From the NCBI RefSeq assembly GCF_003945235.1, contig NZ_RSDW01000001.1, positions 1,470,001-1,502,000 on the forward strand: a stretch of 32,000 nucleotides of DNA, in the 5' to 3' direction. This DNA is from Edaphobacter aggregans (lineage in GTDB: Bacteria; Acidobacteriota; Terriglobia; Terriglobales; Acidobacteriaceae). The notes under the pieces were generated by a model that worked only from the letters and a program-made list of their open reading frames with translations, was not told the origin of the DNA and made no database searches. Shown here piece by piece: positions 26,323-32,000 of the stretch; within the stretch, counting starts at the first letter, position 1, and the number at the start of each line of letters is the position of its first letter. A program made the position numbers and the translations under genes.

Positions 26323-26612
26323 ACATCCACATCCCGACACCGCTGCGCGCCTACACCGACGGCAAAGAGACCGTCGCCATCCCCGGCGCGACCATCAGCG
26401 CAGTGTTCACCCAACTCACCACCACCTACCCCGAACTCCGCCAGCACCTCTTCACTCCCGAGGGCAAGCTCCGCTCCTTCGTCAACGTCTACCTCAACGA
26501 CGACGACATCCGCTACCTCCCCGCCAAAGAAGACTCCCCCGTAGCCGACACCGACGAACTCACCATCATCCCCTCCATCGCCGGCGGCTCCTCCCCAGCC
26601 CGTTGTCGCTAA
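26319..26612 (+). CDS. cysO: ThiS/MoaD-family sulfur carrier protein (CysO-like), with a 7-residue extension after the GG motif
   Basis: 97 aa. ATGA overlap with the JAMM stop. Beta-grasp-like sequence ending ...DELTIIPSIAGG-SSPARCR. Confidence 0.8.
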   Translation: MNIHIPTPLRAYTDGKETVAIPGATISAVFTQLTTTYPELRQHLFTPEGKLRSFVNVYLNDDDIRYLPAKEDSPVADTDELTIIPSIAGGSSPARCR

Positions 26613-26626
26613 CTATCCACAAAAGC

Positions 26627-26678
26627 TTGTCATTCTGAGCACAGCGAAGAACCCCCGCATTTCGCACATAGCGCCACA
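26627..26678 (+). repeat. Dispersed intergenic repeat, copy 2 (TTGTCATTCTGAGCACAGCGAAGAACCCCCGCATTT...)
   Basis: Matches 22434..22485. Lies in the 151-nt gap between cysO and moeZ. Confidence 0.8.
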
Positions 26679-26763
26679 AATCTCGAGGGCCAACCACGCC
26701 GGTAAACCGCCCCATGAGCCCTTCCGCCCGCAAAAGCATCTAGAATTAAGCCAAGGAAACAAC

Positions 26764-27987
26764 ATGCCGACAGCCATCGAAGAAACCATCCAGCTCCCCA
26801 AGCTCTCCAACGAGGAGATCGCCCGGTACTCCCGCCACCTCATCCTTCCCGAGGTCGGCATGGAAGGCCAGCAGAAGCTCAAGGCCGCCAAGGTCCTCTG
26901 CGTAGGCACCGGAGGCCTCGGAGCCCCGCTCGCCCTCTACCTCGCCGCCGCCGGAGTAGGCACCATCGGCCTCGTCGACTTCGACACCGTCGACGCCTCG
27001 AACCTCCAGCGCCAGATCATCCACTCGACCTCCACCGTAGGCAAGCTCAAGGTCGACTCCGCCGAGATCATGCTCAAGGGCCTCAACCCTTTCCTCAACG
27101 TCGTCAAGCACAACACCATGCTCACCAGCGCCAACGCGCTCGAGATCTTCAAGGACTACGACGTCATCGCCGACGGCACCGACAACTTCCAGACTCGCTA
27201 CCTCGTCAACGACGCTTGCGTCCTCACCGGCAAGCCCAACGCCTACGGCAGCATCTTCCGTTTCGAAGGCCAGGCCAGCGTCTTCGCCACCGAGGAAGGC
27301 CCCTGCTACCGCTGCCTCTACCCCGAGCCACCACCGCCCGGCCTCGTCCCTTCCTGCGCCGAAGGCGGAGTCCTCGGCATCCTCCCCGGCCTCGTCGGCG
27401 TCATCCAGGCCACCGAAGTCATCAAGCTCATCTTGGGAATCGGAGAACCGCTGATTGGTCGGCTCCTCTTAGTCGACGCCCTCGGCATGAATTTCCGCAC
27501 CCTCAAGCTGCGCAAGAACCCCGACTGCCCCGCCTGCGGCACGCACCCCACCGTCACAGAGCTGATCGACTACGACCAGTTCTGCGGCATCCCCAAGCCC
27601 ACCTCCGTAGGCCCGCTCGAGGTCGCCCGCGACAAGGCCGTAGCCGAAGCCGCCATCGTCGAAGGCATCCCGCAGATCACCGTCGAGCAGCTCAAGAAAA
27701 AGCTCGACGCCAAAGAAGACATCTTCGTCCTCGACGTCCGCGAGCCCCACGAGTACCCCATCGCGAACCTAGGCGCCCCACTAATCCCGGTAGGCTCCAT
27801 CGAGTCCCGCATCTCCGAGATTGCCGCCCACAAAAACGACGAAGTCATCATCCACTGCCGCAGCGGAGCCCGCAGCCAAAAAGCAGCATTAGCCCTAAAA
27901 GCCGCCGGCTTCACCAACGTCAGCAACCTAACCGGAGGCATCCTCGCCTGGGCCGAAAAGATCGACCCCACCATGCCCAAGTACTAG
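26764..27987 (+). CDS. moeZ: MoeB/ThiF-type E1-like adenylyltransferase fused to a rhodanese domain (MoeZ-type)
   Basis: RYSRHLILPEVG, GTGGLGAP nucleotide loop, two CxxC pairs (CYRC, CPAC), and C-terminal rhodanese with HCRSGARS. Confidence 0.9.
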   Translation: MPTAIEETIQLPKLSNEEIARYSRHLILPEVGMEGQQKLKAAKVLCVGTGGLGAPLALYLAAAGVGTIGLVDFDTVDASNLQRQIIHSTSTVGKLKVDSAEIMLKGLNPFLNVVKHNTMLTSANALEIFKDYDVIADGTDNFQTRYLVNDACVLTGKPNAYGSIFRFEGQASVFATEEGPCYRCLYPEPPPPGLVPSCAEGGVLGILPGLVGVIQATEVIKLILGIGEPLIGRLLLVDALGMNFRTLKLRKNPDCPACGTHPTVTELIDYDQFCGIPKPTSVGPLEVARDKAVAEAAIVEGIPQITVEQLKKKLDAKEDIFVLDVREPHEYPIANLGAPLIPVGSIESRISEIAAHKNDEVIIHCRSGARSQKAALALKAAGFTNVSNLTGGILAWAEKIDPTMPKY

Positions 27988-28011
27988 GTAGTCTCTAAAT
28001 CACAGAACAAA

Positions 28012-28045
28012 AGAGCCTGAGCCAGCCCTCGGGCTCTTTTGTTTT
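28012..28045 (+). terminator. Rho-independent terminator after moeZ
   Basis: AGAGCCTGAG-ccagcc-CTCGGGCTCT forms a 10-bp stem with one G.U pair, followed by TTTTGTTTT. Confidence 0.8.
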
Positions 28046-28142
28046 GAGAACTATTCGGCTGTCAAATAACTGCAAATGCAGGTTATCCATGGTAAAACGT
28101 TCCTCGGGCCAGATAACTATTCCAGCTATGCGAAGGAACACC

Positions 28143-28790
28143 ATGAAAGCAGCCAGATCCTGCCTTGGTATCGCAGCCGTTGCCGTCCTCATCGGACTCT
28201 TTACTGCCCCTGCAAAAGCACACGCCGACACTTACCAGATCTACCTTCTCGTCGGTGCAAACAACAGTAATACCTTCCTTACCGCCCCTATCGGAATAAC
28301 AGATTCTGGCACAGTTGTTGTTTCTGTGGACCCTGTCAACTGTAATGGCACGCCCGGCCACTGCTATGACCACTTTGATAGTGGGGTTCTCGTTAGCCAA
28401 TCACCTACAAACCCGGGCCTTGCCTATGACAACGGAACGCCGTGCACACCCAATGCATCCTTCAACGGGTCTTTCTCCGCATCCGTCTGCAACAATGGCC
28501 GCGAGGTTTACGGGACGGCTATCAACTCAGCCCAGTATCCCTTGTCGATTTTCACCGGCCCGGACCCCGCTGCAGACTTTTTTGCCAACGGTCTGTTAGC
28601 AACAGTCGATCTGAACTCTTCCGGAGACTTTCTTTATTGGGTCAATGCTGCGGGCTCATCAAGTGGAGAGATCTACGAAGCCGTTGACCTCACTACCAGC
28701 GAGGTCCCCGAACCGAGCAGCATCGTTCTTCTGGGAATCGGCTTATTCGCCGCTGCAGGAACCATGCGTCGCCGCTTGTTCCACCTTTAA
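28143..28790 (+). CDS. PEP-CTERM-anchored secreted protein
   Basis: Signal peptide MKAARSCLGIAAVAVLIGLFTAPAKAHA. C-terminal VPEPSSIVLLGIGLFAAAGTMRRR is a PEP motif, TM helix and basic tail. AAGGA RBS before ATG 28143. Confidence 0.85.
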   Translation: MKAARSCLGIAAVAVLIGLFTAPAKAHADTYQIYLLVGANNSNTFLTAPIGITDSGTVVVSVDPVNCNGTPGHCYDHFDSGVLVSQSPTNPGLAYDNGTPCTPNASFNGSFSASVCNNGREVYGTAINSAQYPLSIFTGPDPAADFFANGLLATVDLNSSGDFLYWVNAAGSSSGEIYEAVDLTTSEVPEPSSIVLLGIGLFAAAGTMRRRLFHL

Positions 28791-28822
28791 GAAACATTCC
28801 GTGCTGCCGAAGGGCTTCGACT

Positions 28823-30073
28823 CTATCGTCGAGCCCGCTGTAGTACTTTTTTGTCCCCATCATTCTCAGCTGGCTTCAACCCCAATAGCCCAGCCACAAA
28901 GTCATACAAATTAACATTCTCAAAAGTCCCCACCGTCACCCCCGGCTTCACATCCGGACCCTCCGCATAAAAGATCGCCTTCATATCAGGCATCACCCGC
29001 GGGTCCCACCCATGGTCGCCCTTCGACTTAATCTCCTCCGTCTTCGCATGCACCGTCACCGGAACCGCCTCCAGCGGCTCAATCACCGGATCACCCTCAC
29101 GAGCATTCGCGTCATAGTGCAACCGCGCCGGCATATCCTTCGTCCGATAAACCGCAAACCGAGGATCATCCTTCGCCTTCAGCTCCTCGTAAATCCGCTC
29201 CTTCTCCGCCTCGGTCACCGGATACACATGTTCCCCCACCGAAGGTGCACCCTTCATATCCACCATCGAGTCCACCGCCACCCACTTCTGATCCTTGAAC
29301 GCGATCATCCCATGGTCCGATACCACAATCAGATCCACCGGCAGCCCCGTAGCCTTAATCCTCTCCTGCAACTCCCCAATCAGCGCATCCACATGCTTCA
29401 CCGCCGCACCCGTCTCCGGAGCGTCCGGCCCAAAGTCATGCCCCGCATGATCCACATTCGAGTAGTACAGCGTAATCATGTGCGGACGCTCAGCCTCCGG
29501 CAGCCCAAGCCACTGCATTACCTGCTCCACCCGCTTCTCATCATCAAATTTGTCGTCAAACGGAACCCAATAACTAGGCCGCTTCCCTGCAATCTCCGCC
29601 TCCGACCCCACCCAATACATCGAAGCCGACCGCATCCCCTGCTGCTCCGCCAACGACCACAGCGGAACCCCGCCATACCAGCTCCCATCGCTGTTCTTCG
29701 CATGGTCCTTGTAGTAGTACTCGGCGTCATTCCGCGCCGGATCCAGAAACGCATTGTCCACAATCCCATGATGCTCGGGATAAAGCCCCGTCACCATCGT
29801 GTAGTGGTTCGGAAACGTAAGCGAGGGATAACTGGGCAACATCCCGTCCGGCGCACTCGCTCCCTCTTCAGCCATCTTCAACAGGTGTGGAGCTCCCCAC
29901 TTCTTCGCATAGTCCCACCGGAACCCATCCAGCGACACCATCACCACGTAATGCGCCTTCTGCGCCCGCTTCGAGTTCAGCGCATTCGCCTCATACTTTA
30001 CCGGCGCCACATCCTGCGCCAGAGCCACCGCCGCCCCCAGAAAGCCCACCCACAAAAATCGCATCGTCCTCAT
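28823..30073 (-). CDS. Ectonucleotide pyrophosphatase/phosphodiesterase (NPP, alkaline-phosphatase superfamily), secreted
   Basis: VVMVSLDGFRWDY, PSLTFPNHYTMVTGLYPEHHGIVDN, VSDHGM, GDHGWD. ATG at 30073 follows GGAGAG. Confidence 0.85.
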   Translation of the reverse strand: MRTMRFLWVGFLGAAVALAQDVAPVKYEANALNSKRAQKAHYVVMVSLDGFRWDYAKKWGAPHLLKMAEEGASAPDGMLPSYPSLTFPNHYTMVTGLYPEHHGIVDNAFLDPARNDAEYYYKDHAKNSDGSWYGGVPLWSLAEQQGMRSASMYWVGSEAEIAGKRPSYWVPFDDKFDDEKRVEQVMQWLGLPEAERPHMITLYYSNVDHAGHDFGPDAPETGAAVKHVDALIGELQERIKATGLPVDLIVVSDHGMIAFKDQKWVAVDSMVDMKGAPSVGEHVYPVTEAEKERIYEELKAKDDPRFAVYRTKDMPARLHYDANAREGDPVIEPLEAVPVTVHAKTEEIKSKGDHGWDPRVMPDMKAIFYAEGPDVKPGVTVGTFENVNLYDFVAGLLGLKPAENDGDKKVLQRARR

Positions 30074-30212
30074 CACGTCAAACTCTCCATCTCCGCTCCG
30101 GCAATCTCCCCAGAAAACCCTGTCAAGCCCAAAGGCACACTAAAGCCATCTGGATCAGATACTTACCAGTGCGGTTTAATATTCACCCATCCGTTAAAAT
30201 TAAAATAGGCAA

Positions 30213-30253
30213 GAAAACGGCAACCTCGCGCTCATCCAAGGCTGTTTTCTTTT
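30213..30253. terminator. Hairpin with T-rich flanks in the hom-NPP intergenic region (possible terminator, orientation ambiguous)
   Basis: GAAAACGGC-(19 nt)-GCTGTTTTC forms a 9-bp stem with one G.U pair. It is followed by TTTT on the + strand and by TTGCCTATTTTAATTTT on the - strand. Confidence 0.35.
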
Positions 30254-30399
30254 AGACGAACACTAACACAGATTGGCTAACTAGCCTATTAAGAATACTT
30301 TGGCGGTAATAACACCCAAAACAAGGGCTTTAGATCCGAGGTCTGGACCTAAACCATGTTATTCGAATACTTTACGACCAAAAGTACCCTCCGTGGGGG

Positions 30400-31725
30400 T
30401 CACTCAGGCTTATCCTCAGCCACCAGGATCTGAAGGCAAAGCGGCTTCTCCAGCATGCAATCCAGCTTCGCAATCGAGGCCACCGCCTTCTCGATCGTCG
30501 AAGTCAGACAAGGCTCCGTCGTCACCACAAACGGCAACCGATGCTTAGGGAACCCCGGCTTCTGCAGCAGCGAGTCAATATTGGCCCCCACCTTCGCCAA
30601 GGCACCCGCAATCGCCGAAACAATCCCCGGCTTATCATCCACCACAAACCGCAGGTAATGCGGAGCCAGAAACTCCCCCGTCGTCTCCCGCTTCCGCACC
30701 GGCAGCTCCACAGCCTTGCACCCCTGAGCCACAGCCAGCAAGTCCGACACCACCGCCACCGCCGTAGGCTCCCCCCCGGCCCCATGGCCCGAAAAAACAA
30801 CATCCCCGCCGAACCGCCCACTCGCGACGACCATATTCTGCGTCCCATGCGACCACGCCATCGGCGAAGTCAGCGGCACCAGCATCGGAGCCACCCGCGC
30901 ATGCACCAGCGTCCCATCCACCTGCGCCCGCGAAACCTGCCGAATCGTGCAGTTCAGCTCCTTCGCATACGTAAAGTCGATCGCCTCAACCGTCGAAATA
31001 CTCTGCGTCGCCACCGCATCCGGATCGAGCTCCGCATGCAGAGCAATCCGCGACAGGATACAAAGCTTCGCCCGTGCATCGAATCCATCCACATCCGCCG
31101 AAGGATTCGCCTCCGCATAACCAAGCTGCTGCGCATCCGCCAACACCGTAGCGTAGTCCGCACCCGCCTCCATCCGGCTCAGGATGTAGTTACAAGTCCC
31201 ATTCACAATCCCACTCAACCGGGTCAACTGATCCCCACCCAGCCCCTGCCGAATCCCCGGAATCACCGGCACCCCCCCAGCCACCGCCGCCCCATAAACC
31301 AACTGCACCCCATGCCGCCCAGCCAGCTTCGCCAGATTAGCCCCGCGATAAGCAATCAACTGCTTATTAGCCGTGACCACAGACTTACCCGCAGTCAAAG
31401 CCTTACGAAGCCACCCCTCCACCGGGTTGAGCCCACCCATCAACTCAATCACCACATCAACATCCGACTTCAAAACATCATCAATGTTCTCCGTCCAAAC
31501 CACCGACGCAGGAACAAACTTAGCCCCAGCAGACGCACGCTTCCGCTCCACATTGCGGTTGAAGATATGCGTCAGCTGCAACCCAGGAAACTTCGACGCC
31601 GCCAGCACCTGCGCCACACCGCTGCCCACCGTCCCAAATCCCAGCAGCGCTACCTTCACAGTTGATCCCACCACAACCTTCTTAGCCTTCGATTGACCCT
31701 TAACCTTCGTCTGCTTCATCACCAT
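30400..31725 (-). CDS. hom: Homoserine dehydrogenase with C-terminal ACT domain
   Basis: VKVALLGFGTVGSGVAQVL Rossmann N-terminus, catalytic-domain blocks, and an ACT-like C-terminus (YLRFVVDDKPGIVSAIAGAL). Confidence 0.93.
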   Translation of the reverse strand: MVMKQTKVKGQSKAKKVVVGSTVKVALLGFGTVGSGVAQVLAASKFPGLQLTHIFNRNVERKRASAGAKFVPASVVWTENIDDVLKSDVDVVIELMGGLNPVEGWLRKALTAGKSVVTANKQLIAYRGANLAKLAGRHGVQLVYGAAVAGGVPVIPGIRQGLGGDQLTRLSGIVNGTCNYILSRMEAGADYATVLADAQQLGYAEANPSADVDGFDARAKLCILSRIALHAELDPDAVATQSISTVEAIDFTYAKELNCTIRQVSRAQVDGTLVHARVAPMLVPLTSPMAWSHGTQNMVVASGRFGGDVVFSGHGAGGEPTAVAVVSDLLAVAQGCKAVELPVRKRETTGEFLAPHYLRFVVDDKPGIVSAIAGALAKVGANIDSLLQKPGFPKHRLPFVVTTEPCLTSTIEKAVASIAKLDCMLEKPLCLQILVAEDKPE

Positions 31726-31728
31726 CTC

Positions 31729-32000
31729 TTAGTAGTGGATTCTGCCCGTATGCTTACCCCAGGCCTCAAAGCTCGCAACAGCCTTCTCTCGCAACAAGTT
31801 CACAATAGGAATCGTGCGCTGATGCAATGGCAGTTTCACCTCTTCGTAGAGAAACGCATCATCAAATCCAGCTGCCGCCGCATCCCCAGCCGTTCCGCCA
31901 AAGTAGATCGCATCGCAACGCGACCAATAGATCGCCGCCAGGCACATCGGACAAGGCTCACAGCTCGTATAAATCTCGCACCCAGCAAGGCTGAACGTCT
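31729..32000 (-). CDS. CDA-fold nucleoside/guanine deaminase family protein; C-terminal part only, N-terminus beyond the window
   Basis: Manual extension of the frame gives ...CEIYTSCEPCPMCLAAIYWS (PCxxC zinc motif). The stop is 3 nt before the hom start. Confidence 0.8.
   Translation of the reverse strand, partial: TFSLAGCEIYTSCEPCPMCLAAIYWSRCDAIYFGGTAGDAAAAGFDDAFLYEEVKLPLHQRTIPIVNLLREKAVASFEAWGKHTGRIHY

Noticed and set aside
29012-30208. 398-aa + strand ORF antisense to the NPP phosphodiesterase; likewise 30541..31665 (374 aa), antisense to hom
   Set aside because: Extreme Arg/His/Pro/Leu composition, no motifs, and full overlap with well-supported genes. Judged to be a compositional artefact.

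Overview
GC-rich bacterial chromosomal window with housekeeping content. By gene content and repeat type it looks like an Acidobacteriota (Terriglobia-like) genome; this is inference, not a database hit. No rRNA genes, CRISPR arrays, transposases, integrases or phage genes were seen. Content from left to right: (1) A LigD polymerase-domain gene, a convergent amidinotransferase-fold gene, a small membrane protein and hppD. (2) A minus-strand translation cluster: tRNA-Thr(TGT), tRNA-Tyr, small ORF, tRNA-Thr(GGT), tRNA-Gly, orf115, tuf, orf105, rpmG, tRNA-Trp, secE, nusG, rplK. It stops at a strong terminator directly after rplK, and no rplA/rplJ/rplL/rpoBC follows. (3) A non-heme haloperoxidase-type hydrolase, two secreted or membrane hypotheticals, a sorbosone-dehydrogenase-type beta-propeller, a tandem HD-GYP protein, a secreted hypothetical and an M23 peptidase. 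(4) thiL, a heptanucleotide tandem repeat, then three translationally coupled genes: a Cys/Met PLP enzyme, an HCx5R phosphatase and an unknown. (5) rsmD, an M50-CBS protease homologue whose HExxH reads RExxR, rsmI, a SAM methyltransferase and a hypothetical. (6) The most interesting block: cysM, a JAMM protease, a ThiS/MoaD-like carrier and a MoeZ-type E1-rhodanese. This is a complete protein-thiocarboxylate cysteine synthesis module. Its carrier is encoded with 7 residues after the GG motif, and a dispersed ~52-bp repeat sits inside the cluster, with a second copy 4.2 kb upstream. (7) A PEP-CTERM protein, an NPP-family phosphodiesterase, hom and a partial CDA-fold deaminase. tRNA, terminator and repeat coordinates come from hand folding or alignment and may be off by 1-2 nt. 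Family assignments come from motif recognition in the translated ORFs only.
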